From Octopus sinensis (Eukaryota), in contig NC_043016.1 in the NCBI RefSeq assembly GCF_006345805.1, positions 16,616,001 to 16,680,000 of the forward strand: a DNA stretch of 64,000 bases. Direction: 5' to 3'. The notes beneath the pieces were generated by a model, which saw nothing but the letters and a program-made list of their open reading frames with translations, was not told the origin of the DNA and ran no database searches. A program made the position numbers and the translations under genes. Below are positions 26,701-39,300 of this stretch, one piece after another (positions within the stretch are counted from its first letter, which is position 1; each line of letters starts with the position of its first letter).

Positions 26701-27935
26701 TTAAGCTTCCAGACCCTTCTTCCCCATGTTGGTCGTCTTCTAGTCGTCCTCTTAGTCCTGATCCTAAAGTCACTAACTACCAGTCTATGTTGTGGGGTAC
26801 ATTCTTCGCCCTGGAAGGTTTTGGCATTTATAAGCAGCCACCTTTCCCTTCTTCTGGCAAGGATGTAGTCGATTTGGCTAGTATGTCGGCCCGATCGGTA
26901 GGTGACTAAATGGCTGGTAGGTTTCCTGAAGTTAGTGTTGCAAACCATAAGAGTATTTGCATCGCAGAACTCCAGCAGCCTGGTTCCCTCCTCGTTGCGG
27001 GAACCATAACCGTAGCCTCCATGTACGCCATGGAAGCCCCCAGCATGTTGTTCAACATGCCCATTGAAGTCACCAGCCACAAAGAGTAGGTCCCTGTCAT
27101 TCATTGATGAGATTGTCAAAAACTGAATATGAAACTTACAGGGTACACCAGTCCACAGGGAATTTAAATCCCAGAGCCTAAGTCAGTGAGGGACCTGGGT
27201 ATCGACATGAGTGAGGATACCTCTTTCCAAGTGCACATTACCAGGATGGCGACAAAGTGCAGACGACTGGCTGGGTGGATCCTGAGAACATTCAGAACTA
27301 GAGATATGAAACCATGATGGTCCTCTGGCTGACATTTGTCCTCAGCCGCCTGGATTATACTGCTCACAGCTATGGTCACCCACCAGTGTAAAATTAACAG
27401 CGGACCTTGAAGCAATCCAGAGAAGATTCACAAAGAAGATCGTCTCTTTGCAACATCTCAGCTACTGGGAATGGTTGAAACAGCTAAGACTCTACTCCCT
27501 GGAGAGAAGACGGAAGAGGTATGCAGGAATATATGTCTGGAAGATCCTGGAAGGGATTGTGCCAAATTTTGACATTGTAAGCTACACCAATGCTAGAACG
27601 GGACGGCACTGCATAGTACCAAAGATCCCAGCAATGCCATCACGATTCAGAATCAGCTACTGCAACAGCCTGGGTTTCAAGGACCCACAGCTTTTTAATA
27701 TTCTCCCAAAGAGTCTGAGGAACTTTCACAAAGTAGATGTAGGGGTTTTTAAATCAAAGCTGGACATCTTCTTGTCAAGAGTCCCAGATGAACCTACCTC
27801 ACGGCAAGAGGTGCAAATGAGGGTAGCTATATCAAACTCCATTCTTCACCAAGGGCCACATATTAGAGGAGGCTCTTAGTAATAACAGTGTACCACAAAA
27901 CGGCGGTGCATCAGCATGGCCGAAGCTACATCGCT
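23765..27935 (+). mobile_element. CR1/Jockey-group LINE 3' part, split by the nested RTE (24044-27107)
   Basis: Left part SGVPQGTVL...YADGTK...WAEDNNMQFN; right part continues VRDLGI...WILRTF...LRLYSLERRR...VPDEPT. Confidence 0.88.
24044..27107 (-). mobile_element. RTE-clade LINE, 5'-truncated and frameshifted (partial APE endonuclease + RT + 3'UTR + (GAT)n tail)
   Basis: ORF pieces 26037-27119 (VAGDFNGHV, SQIDYIL), 25620-25898 (QFGFMPGKSTTDAIF, DMEKAFD) and 24495-25427 (FRYLG, RGRPRKTW); (cat)n at 24044. Confidence 0.95.
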
Positions 27936-28101
27936 TCAGGCGCAGGAAGCTGTGTGGTAAGTAGCTTGCTTATGAACCACATGGTTCTGGGTTCAGTCCC
28001 ACTGCGTGGCACCTTGGGCAAGTGTCTTCAACAATAGCCTCGGACCGACCAAAGCTTTGTGAGTGGATTTGGTAGATGGAAACTGAAAGAAGCCCATCGT
28101 A

Positions 28102-28146
<45 letters not shown>

Positions 28147-29523
28147 ATTATATATATATATATATATATATCTAATATATATGTATATATCGTATGTGTG
28201 GTATATGTTTGTGCGTCTGTGTTTGTCCCCCCCCAACATCACTTGACAACTGATGCTGGTGTGTTTACGTCCCCGTAACTTAGCGGTTCAGCAAAAGAGA
28301 CCGATAGAATAAGTACTAGGCTTTCAAAAATAAGTCCTGGGGTCGATTTGCTTGACGAAAAGCGGTGCTCCAGCACAGCCACAGTCACATGACTGAAACA
28401 AGTAAAAGAGAGGGTTTTCATCATCATCATCATCATTTAGCGTCCGCTTTCCATGCTAGTATGGGTTGGACGGTTCAACTGGGGTCTGGGAAGCCAGAAT
28501 GCTGCACCAGGCCCAGTCTGATCTGGCAATATTTCTACGGCTAGATGCCCTTCCTAACGCCAACCACTCCGTGAGTGTAGTGGGTGCTTTTTACGTGTCA
28601 GACGGGGCTGGCAAACGGCCACGGTCGGATGGTACCTTTTATGTGCCACTGGCACGGGGGCCAGGCGAGGCTGGCAACGACCACGACTGGATAGTGCTTT
28701 TTATGTGCCATCAGCACGGAGGCCAGTCGGGCAGTGCTGGCAATGGCCACGATCAGATGGTTCGCTTACATGCCACCGGTACTGGTATCACAGCTGCAAT
28801 TTCCATTGATGTTGATCGACTTCGATTTTGGTTCTGACTTCCACTTGCTTCAACAGGTCTTCACAAGTGGAATAATTATTAATTACGTGAATTTTTACTA
28901 CCAGCTTATCCTAAACAAATTAATTAATCTACACAAACGCATATATATATATGTATATAACATCATGTATTTATAACATACACATCTAAAACACACACAC
29001 AACGCTATATATATATACACACACACACACACATATATATATATGCTTTATTATTTTTATAATGTGATTTTACGTATTACATATAATTGAATTGGAGAAT
29101 TAGTTTTGTAAGACAATATATTATTTAATAGTTAGGTGGTCTATTTATTAAGTAGCATTACATTTAAGTATATAAGTTTTATATTAATTGATATTTTGGT
29201 CAACTATATTGAGTAAAACATTAAATCTACAGATACTACATATATATTAATTATATAGTTAGGTTATCTAATAGGTGTGTATATATTTGAACCTTTTCCT
29301 ATTTTTAATTCCAATATCTATAGCTTGTACTATATATACATTATGTATACATTATGTACTATATATACACTATGTATATTACTTAACATTAAGGTTTTTA
29401 ATATAAATTACTTAATGAGTATAAGATTTTATTTAGATGTTTATTAAATAAATTAATTAATAATTTAATTTAATGTATATAGTTTAAATTATAGCATTTA
29501 GTTTTCACTTAATGTATATTTTG

Positions 29524-32381
29524 TATCATCATCATCGTTTAACGTCCGCTCTCCATGCTAGCATGGGTTGGACGGTTCAACTGGGGTCTGGGAAGCCCGA
29601 AGGCTGCACCAGGCCCAGTCTGATCTGACAATGTTTCTACAGCTGGATGCCCTTCCTAACGCCAACCACCCCGTGAGTGTAGTGGGTGCTTTTTATGTGC
29701 CACCGACATGGAGGCCAGGCGAGGCTGGCAACGGCCACAATTGGATGGTGTTTGTTATGTGCCACCGGCACGGAGGCCAGTTGATGCAGCGCTGGCTACG
29801 GCTACATTCGGATGACTCTCTTACGTGCCACTGGCACTGGTATCACAGCTACAATTTCCATTGATGTTGATCGATTTTGATTCTGATTCTCACGCCTCAA
29901 CAGGTCTTCACAAGTAGAGTTTTGTGTCCCAAGAAGAAAGGTATGCATAAGTTGACTGCCTACATCCCAGGTAGAGGCCATGGGTTATGGTCTCACTTTC
30001 CTGCCGGGTCTTCTCACGCACAGCATACTTCCATAGCGTCTCGGTCTCTAGTCATTTCCTTGGTGAGACCTAAAGTTCGAAGGTCGTGCTTCACCAACCT
30101 CGTCCCAGGTTTTCCTGGGTCTTCCTCTTCCACAGGTTCCCTCAACCGCTAGGGTGTGGCACTTTTTCACACAACTATCTTCATCCATTCTTACCATGTG
30201 TCCATACCAGCGCAGCTGTCTCTCTTGCACACCACAACTGATGCTTCTTAGGTCCAACTTTTCTCTCAAGGTACTTACACTCTGTCGGGTATGAACACTG
30301 ACATTACACATCCATTGGAGCATACTGGCTTCATTTCTTGTGAGCTTACGCATATCCTCAGCAGTCACGGCCCATGTTTCATAGCCATGTAGCATGGCTG
30401 TTCGTACACATGCGTCATACAGTCTGCCTTTTATTCTGAGCGAGAGGCCTTTTGTCACCAGCAGAGGTAAGAGCTCTCTGAACTTTGCCCAGGCTATTCT
30501 TACTCTAGCAGTTACACTTTCAGCACACCCGCCCCTGCTGCTGATCTGATCACCTAGGTAACGGAAACTATCAACTATTTCTAGTTTTTCTCCCTGGGAT
30601 GTGGCTGAAGATGGTCTCTGCACATTTTCAGTGTTTATTGCTCCTGATCATCTGTCACATACAAAAACTATCTTCCTAGTTAGCCTTCCTTTGACGTTGC
30701 TGCACCTCTTATGTGTCCATAGCTTACACTTGGTGCATCTTATAGAGTTTCTACCTACGCCTTTTCTACGTATCAAGCAGGGCCATCTACCCGAAGGCGT
30801 ATGTGATTTGTCTACCTTCCTACTTATTAGGGCTTTGGTTTTAGCTAGGTTGACTCTAAGGCCCTTCGATTCTAATCCTTGCTTCCGTACCTGAAACTTC
30901 TCCTCCAGTTCTGATAGTGACTCAGCAATTAGAGCTAGGTCATCAGCATAGAGGAGCTCCCAGGGGCATCCTGTCTTGAATTCCTCTGTTATTGTCTGGA
31001 GGACTATGATAAATAGGAGGGAGCCGAGTACTGAGCCTTGGTGGACCCCAACCTCTGCCCGGAATTCTTCACTGTACTCGTTGCCAACCCTCACCTTACT
31101 AACAGCGTCTCTGTACATGGCTCGCACAGCTCTCACTAACCATTCATCTATCCCTAGTTTCCTCATTGACCACCAGATAAGGGATTGGGGGACCCTGTCA
31201 AAGGCTTTCTCCAAGTCAAAGAAAGCCAAGTACAGAGGTTTATCTTTGGCTAGGTATTGCTCCTGCAGCTGTCTCACCGGAAATATGGCATCGGTGGTGC
31301 TTTTCCCTGGCACGAAACCGAACTGCATCTTGTCCAAGTTGACTCTTTCCCCAATCAGTTGGGCTATGACCCTTTCCGTAACCTTCATTACCTCATCCAA
31401 CAGCTTGATACCTCTGTAATTATTTGTATCTAGGGCATCACTTTTACCTTTGTAGTAGTTGACTATTATGCTACTACACCAGTCATTGGGTATGACTCCT
31501 TCGTGTATCACCTGGTTAACTATACGGGTGACTGGGCTATATCCGACACTGCCAGATATTTTGAGCATCTCTGCAGTGATTCCTGATGGGCCTGGGGCTT
31601 TCCCTGTCTTCATGTTTCTAATTGCCTTAGTTACCAAAAAACTGTCAACTCAGATAGCTGGTCCCACTTTTGGGTCGACAAATGGTAGGCTCTCTTTATA
31701 TCATTCATTTTTTTTGTTGAGCAACCTTTCATAGTGGCATCTCCAAACCTATCTCTTTGCATCCTCATTCAGCGAATACATTTCTCTCCTACCACACCAC
31801 GATTCTCTCTCACACACTGTCTTGCAGCACGAAATACTTCAAGTCTTTGGTCCTCACGGCGCAGAACATTGGCAAATTTTTTTTTATGTGCTTCCCCTCT
31901 GACTAAATAAACCTGTCTCCTAGCTTCTCTTTTCATAATCTGATACAATTCCCTACTACTGTCATTCTTCCAGTCGTTCCAAGCCTGTCTCTTGTCTCTA
32001 ATAGCCCTGATTACAACATTGTTCCACCACCACGTTACCCTGGGACGAGATCAGACTTTGCTCCATCCACAGATCTGGTCAGTGGCTCTCAGCAGATTGT
32101 CCCGTAGAAACCTCCAGTTGTCTTCCACATTATATGAAGCTATATCCCCTTCTATTTCGTCAAAGGCTTTGAGTAGGACGTCTCTAAATCTCCGTCCATT
32201 TGCAGGATCTTTAAGCTTCCAGACCCTTGTCCTCTGAGCTGGTCTTCTTCTGGGCAGCCATTTGGCCTTGATCCTGAAGTCGCTATGTTGTGGGGTACAT
32301 TCTTCTCCTGGGAAGGTTTTGACATTTATAAGCAGCCCTCTTTCCCTCTTTCTGGTGAGGATGTAGTCAATCTGGCTAGTG
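29524..32381 (-). mobile_element. RTE-clade LINE, second copy of the same family, 5'-truncated
   Basis: ORF 30648-31637 (KAPGPSGI, NYRGIKLL, QGSVL, YADD) and 30048-30623; (cat)n tail at 29524; collinear with 24044-26880. Confidence 0.95.
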
Positions 32382-32526
32382 CTTATATATATATATGTTT
32401 TAAATATTTTAATTGTATCTTATTTTTTAAACAAGAATATATTTAAGATATTTTGTATTTTACAAAATTATTTACATATATTTATTAATTTATCTAATTA
32501 ATAATTTTATTATTGTTGTTATCTTT

Positions 32527-32626
32527 AACCTGAAGAGTGGCTATAACTATATTGAAGTGACTACTACTACTACTATTATTTTTACTATTATCATTTCTTA
32601 AATATAGCCACAAAACACGTGTTGTT
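32527..32626 (+). ncRNA. Degenerate type-I hammerhead motif (family D)
   Basis: AAC-CTGAAGA-GTGGCTATA...TATAGCCAC-AAAA-CACGTG-TT-GTT: 9-bp stem II, palindromic ACACGTGT helix III; GAAA is mutated to AAAA. Confidence 0.55.
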
Positions 32627-33633
32627 CTACCAAATTTATACGTTTTATTTATGTATTATTTTGCACATTACTTGATCATTGTTATATGTTTTATCTTATA
32701 TTTAATCTTTTTATATGTAATTTTTCTAAATGGTATAATTTAGTTTTTCAGTATTGAATTGATAAAAGGTGTTTTTTTTCTAATTTATATATATATATTA
32801 TATTTTGTGAATTTGATTTAGTATTTCTAAATTGAATTTTTCCCTGTATGTTTGGAATAATATTCCCTCATGTTATATATATATATAAATATATATTATA
32901 TAGAGGGCATCATTACACATAAATACCACACGCTAGGAGGGACTCTTAAAGTCAAAACTACTAAAATAAAACATACACATCGTACCGAAACCAACTCTCG
33001 AAGCAAGTCATTTATAAGCGTTGCATTTATGTGTAATAATGCACCCTATATCATCATCGTTTAACGTCCGTTCTCCATGCTAGCATGGGTTGGATGGTTT
33101 GACCGGGGATCTGGGAAGCCTGAAGGCTGCACTAGGCTCCGGTCTTATCTGGCAATGTTTCTACAGCTGGATGCCCTTCCTAACGCCAACCACTCCATGA
33201 GTGTAGTGGGTGCTTTTTACGTGCCATCTGCACTGGTGCCAGGTGAGGCTGGCATCGGCCACGGTCGGATTGGTGCATTTTACGTGCCACCTGCACGGAA
33301 GCCAGTCGAGGGTTTAATAAATATTAATAAATATATTTAAGTGAAAAATAAATATTAATAAATATATTTAAGTGAAAAAAAATCGATGGTTTTTTTTCTC
33401 TTATGAGGTTTTTCACGCTAACTACTTGATAAGTTCTTATGAAGATTTTATCCTATTTTTAAATTGCATGTGTGTGTGTATATATATATAATGTGGGTGA
33501 TAATCGTATGTCATCTTCTTCTAACATATTGGTTATCCCTAAATATACGCATATATACATATATATATATATGTGTGTGTGTGTGTGTTTCAATAATCAA
33601 GTCAAATCGAACAGTGATATTTTGAAATTATTT

Positions 33634-33672
<39 letters not shown>

Positions 33673-34440
33673 TAAACATAATCAAATAGGGTAATAAAAT
33701 AAATTATTATTACCGTGGCCTAGTACAAAAGACGAATTAGTCATTAGACTATATATTTTTCGTATAGAAATATAACGCGCAAAAACACATTTATTTCCTT
33801 TTCTCTTAAGTTTGGTTCCAAACCACATGGTTCCTGGTTCAATCCCACTGTGTGGCACCTCGAAATTATTTAATGTGTGTAAAGATTTATGTAACATATA
33901 TAATAGGAAATATACCCATTACATAAGACCAGTTAAAACATATACATATATATATGTATATGTATATATGTGTATATGTACTTATATGTATGTATATATA
34001 TATATATATATATGTATGTGTATATATGTGTGTGTATGTGTATATATTTATATAGTGTCTGTGGTAAGTAGCTTGCTTACCAACCACCTGGTTCCAGGTT
34101 CAGTCTCACTGCGTGGCACCTTGGGCAAGTGTCTTCTGCTATAGCCTCGGGCCGACCAATGCCTTGTGAGTGGATTTGGTAGATGGAAACTGAAAGAAGC
34201 CTGTCGTATATATGTATATATATATATGTTTGTGTGTGTGTGTGTGTTTGTCCCCCTAGCATTGTTTGACAACCGATGCTGGTGTGTTTACGTCCCCGTT
34301 ACTTAGTGGTTCGGCAAAAGAGACCGATAGAATAAATACCTAGGCTTACAAAGAATAAGTCCCGGGGTAGATTTGCTCGACTAAAGGCGGTGCTCCAGCA
34401 TGGCCGCAGTCAAATGACTGAAACAAGTAAAGAAAATGTG

Positions 34441-34477
<37 letters not shown>

Positions 34478-34509
34478 ATATATATAGATACATATATATA
34501 TATATATAC

Positions 34510-35045
34510 ATTTAGTTTCAGCTCACGAGCTGTGGCCATGCTGGGACATCGTCATTTGGTATTGCTACATAATTTTACTTCACGAATACTTTTTCAGAAT
34601 TAACGTTTAGTTCGTGAGTGAGTTTGATGTAGCTGCCCTCATCTGCACCTCCCGCCACGAAGTTGGTTTATCTGGGCCACTCGACAGGTCCAGCTTTATC
34701 TTGACGATCACTACATTCACACCCATGCAAGTCTCTCAGGCCCTTCGGGAGGATATTGAAAAGCTGCGGCACTCGGAAGCCCAGGCTATCGCAGTATCCC
34801 GTCCTACAGTATTTTGAAGATCTCTATATCCACCCCAGGTCCTTCGGGGCGGGGGGGGGGGCATTGAAAAGCTGTGGCCCTCACATTATTATGACGACCC
34901 CTACATGCACCCCATGCAGGTCTCTCAGGTTCTTTCGGCAGGATATTGAAAAGTTGTAGCCCTCTAAAGCCCAGGCTATCTCAGTATCTCGTCCTACATC
35001 TTGATGGCAAATTTGATCTCCTTCCCACTATGCAGTGGCGCCCAG
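34510..35045 (-). mobile_element. CR1-like LINE 3' fragment with internal tandem duplications
   Basis: Minus strand LSSGPDKPTSWREVQMRAATSNSL is homologous to LSRVPDEPTSRQEVQMRVAISNS at ~27770-27840; the GATATTGAAAAG block occurs about three times. Confidence 0.75.
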
Positions 35046-35279
35046 TTCTAATATTTGTGTATATATATTATAAATATATTTAAAAAAAACAAGGTTGTAC
35101 TGACAACTTTCTCATCGTCCTAGATGTATACGTATCACAAACCATTTAACATTTTCGAAGTCGTATCCAATTTAACCAAGTTGGGCTCGTTATAAGAAAT
35201 ATATCGTTTCATTTACAATATCTTTAGTAAAGATTTATCTTCAAAGAGAAATAAAAAGCCAGTTAAGATACTTTTATGG

Positions 35280-35379
35280 NNNNNNNNNNNNNNNNNNNNN
35301 NNNNNNNNNNNNNNNNNNNNNNNNNNNNNNNNNNNNNNNNNNNNNNNNNNNNNNNNNNNNNNNNNNNNNNNNNNNNNNN
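35280..35379. other. Assembly gap (100 N)
   Basis: Run of exactly 100 N; a round number usually marks a gap of unknown size. Confidence 0.99.
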
Positions 35380-35408
35380 CAAAATATACAAGCAAAAATT
35401 ATTGAATA

Positions 35409-35465
35409 ATTCAAGATCCAGGATTTCGTTTTGCTTTAAATAAGCTTTACCGTCATCGGTTGAAT
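35409..35465 (-). ncRNA. Type-I hammerhead motif (helix III resembles family C; U4C core)
   Basis: Minus strand ATTCAA-CCGATGA-cgGTaaaGCTT(attta)AAGCaaaAC-GAAA-TCCTGGA-TC-TTGAAT: perfect 6-bp stem I, near-palindromic helix III. Confidence 0.6.
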
Positions 35466-36390
35466 ATATCAAGAGTACATAAATACAGATATATACATGC
35501 AGAACAAACGATATACTTACATATACGAACGTCCATACATAAATACATATGCACTATGCACGCGGCCATTTAAATTACCCGCCGAATCATCCCAAGTACG
35601 ACACGGTTAAAATAAACACCGCAGTGAAAATAATAACGAATTATATATTTATATATGAGGATAATATCGATATTTAAGTATCCATATTATCTAGTGGCCA
35701 GCATGGGAAAAATACCGTACAAAGGTAATAATATATTTCGGCATGTTGGTGTCTCTAACACCCTCATTTTTATTGTTCAAAATTATTACCTTTGTACGGT
35801 ATTTTTCCCATGCTGGCCACTAGATAATATGGATACTTAAATATCGATATAATCCTCATATATAAATATATATATTATATCCATCATCATCATCATCATC
35901 ATCATCGTTTAACGTCCGTTTTCCGCGCTAGCACGGTTGGACGGTTTCGACCGGGATCTGGGGAGCAAGGGACTGCCCCAGCTCCAGTCTAGTCTGGCAG
36001 AGTTTCTACAGCTGGAGCCCCCTTCCTAACGCCAACCACTCCTCCGCGAGTGTAGTGGGTGTTTTTTACGTGCCACCTGCACAGGTGCCAGAGGGGTCTG
36101 GCATCGGCCACGTTCGGATGGTGCTTTTTTTATGTGGGGGGGGGGGTGCAGAAATATAGGGGAGCACCAGTGGGGAGGGGTGGTTCAGAGAAATGATGAC
36201 AGGTTCTAGGCAAGTAGAACGTAGGATATCAAGAGAGGGGTAATGCATGGTGAAATAGCGTATTGAAGAGGGGGGGTTTCGAAGAGTAGACACCTATTAT
36301 GGTGGTGGGAAGAAGCGACATCCGGGATGGATGGAGCAAAAATATAGAGATATCCAGTATTGGTGGTGGGGGTGGGCAGGGCCGGTGCAC

Positions 36391-39300
36391 CGCGAATACA
36401 CGATGGTTGATGAATACACAGAGGCGAGATGGGTAATGGATAATTAGTTAATAAATAATTAGATAGATATAGAAATTAGTTAAAAATAGTTAGATAGATA
36501 AGAAAGCATGTATGATTGATGGGGAAGTGAAATAATAAATAAGCATTCAACTTATCTGTTAGATGAATGAATGAATGAAAGAGCAGAAGTTTGGGGCTGC
36601 GTTTTTTTTTTAAATAAGATTGTCCGGAGGAAGAAGCGCGAATACACGATGGTTGATGAATACACGAGAGGCGAGATGGGTAATGGATAATTAGTTTAAA
36701 ATAATTAGATAGATATAGACATTAGTTAAAAATAGTTAGAATAGATAAGAAAGCATGTATGATTGATGGGGAAGTGAAATAATAAATAAGCATTCAACTT
36801 ATCTGTTAGAATGAATGAATGAATGTAAGAGCAGAAGTTTGGGGCTGCGGTTTTTTTTTTTTTAAATAAAGATGTCCGGAGGAAGAAGGCGCGAATACAC
36901 GATGGTTGATGAATACACGAGAGGCGAGATGGTAATGGATAAATTAGTTAAAATAATTAGATAGATATAGAAATTAGTTAAAATAGTTAGATAGATAGGA
37001 AAGCATGTATGATTGATGGGGAAGTGAAATAATAAATAAGCATTCACTTATCTGTTAAATGAATGAATGAATGAAAGAGCAGAAGTTTGGGGCTGCGTTT
37101 TTTTTTTTTTTTTTAAATAAAGATTATCCGAGGAAAAGGCGCGAATACACGATGGTTGATGAGTACACGAGAGGCGAGATGGGTAATGGATAATTAGTTA
37201 AAATAATAGATAGATATAGAAATTAGTTAAAAATAGTTAGATAGAAAGAAAGCATTTATGATTGATGGGGAGTGAAATAATAAATAAGCATTCAACTTAT
37301 CTGTTAGATGAATGAATGAATGAAAGAGCAGAAGTTTGGGGCTGCGTTTTTTTTTTTAAATAAAGATTGTCCGGAGGAAGAAGGCGCGAATACACGATGG
37401 TTGATGAATACACGAGAGGCGAGATGGGTAATGGATAAATTAGTTAAAATAATTAGATAGATATAGAATTAGTTAAAAATAGTTAGATAGATAAGAAAGC
37501 ATGTATGATTGATGGGAAGTGAAATAATAAATAAGCATTCAACTTATCTGTTAGATGAATGAATGAATGTAAGAGCAGAAGTTTGGGGCTGCGTTTTTTT
37601 TTTTTAAATAAAGATTGTCCGGAGGAAGAAGGCGCGAATACACGATGGTTGATGATACACGAGAGGCGAGATGGGTAATGGATAATTAGTTAAAATAATT
37701 AGATAGATATAGAAATTAGTTAAAAATAGTTAGATAGATAGGAAAGCATGTATTTGATGTGGGAAGTGAAATAATAAATAAGCATTCAACTTATCTGTTA
37801 AATGAATGAATGAATGAAAGAGCAGAAGTTTGGGGCTGCGTTTTTTTTTTTTTTAAATAAAGATTATCCGGAGGAAGAAGGCGCGAATACACGATGGTTG
37901 ATGAATACACGAGAGGCGAGATGGGTAATGGATAAATTAGTTAAAATAATTAGATAGATATAGAAATTAGTTAAAAATAGTTAGATAGATAAGAAAGCAT
38001 GTATGATTGATGGGGAAGTGAAATAATAAATAAGCATTCAACTTATCTGTTAGATGAATGAATGAATGAAAGAGCAGAAGTTTGGGGCTGAGTTTTTTTT
38101 TTAAAATAAAGATTATCCGGAGGAAGAAGGCGCGAATACACGATGGTTGATGAATACACGAGAGGCGAGATGGGTAATGGATAAATTAGTTAAAATAATT
38201 AGATAGATATAGAAATTAGTTAAAAATAGTTAGATAGATAAGAAAGCATGTATGATTGATGGGGAAGTGAAATAATAAATAAGCATTCAACTTATCTGTT
38301 AGATGAATGAATGAATGAAAGAGCAGAAGTTTGGGGCTGCGTTTTTCTTTTTAAATAGATTGTCCGGAGGAAGAAGGCGCGAATACACGATGTTTGATGA
38401 ATACACGAGAGGCGAGATGGGTAATGGATAAATTAGTTAAAATAATTAGATAGATATAGAAATTAGTTAAAATATTAGATAGATAAGAACATGTATGATT
38501 GATGGGAAGTGAAATAATAAATAAGCATTCAACTTATCTGTTAGATGAATGAATGAATGAAAGAGCAGAAGTTTGGGGCTGCGTTTTTCTTTTTAAATAA
38601 AGATTGTCCGGAGGAAGAAGGCGCGAATACACGTTGGTTGATGAATACACGAGAGGCGAGATGGGTAATGGATAAATTAGTTAAAATAATTAGATAGATA
38701 TAGAAAATAGTTAAAAATAGTTAGATAGATAAGAAAGCATGTATGATTGATGGGGAAGTGAAATAATAAATAAGCATTCAACTTATCTGTTAGATGAATG
38801 AATGAATGAAAGAGCAGAAGTTTGGGGCTGCGTTTTTTTTTTTTAAATAAAGATTGTCCGGAGGAAGAAGGCGCGAATACACGATGGTTGATGAATACAC
38901 GAGAGGCGAGATGGGTAATGGATAAATAGTTTAAAATAATAGATAGATAGAAATTAGTTAAAAAAATAGTTTGATAGATAAGAAAGCATGTATGATTGAT
39001 GGGGAAGTGAAATAATAAATAAGCATTCAACTTATCTGTTAGATGAATGAATGAATGAAAGAGCAGAAGTTTGGGGCTGCGTTTTTTTTTTTTAAATAAA
39101 GATTGTCCGGAGGAAGAAGGCGCGAATACACGATGGTTGATGAATACACGAGAGGCGAGATGGGTAATGGATAAATTAGTTAAAATAATTAGATAGATAT
39201 AGAAATTAGTTAAAAATAGTTAGATAAATAAGAAAGCATGTATGATTGATGGGGAAGTGAAATAATAAATAAGCATTCAACTTATCTGTTAGATGAATGA

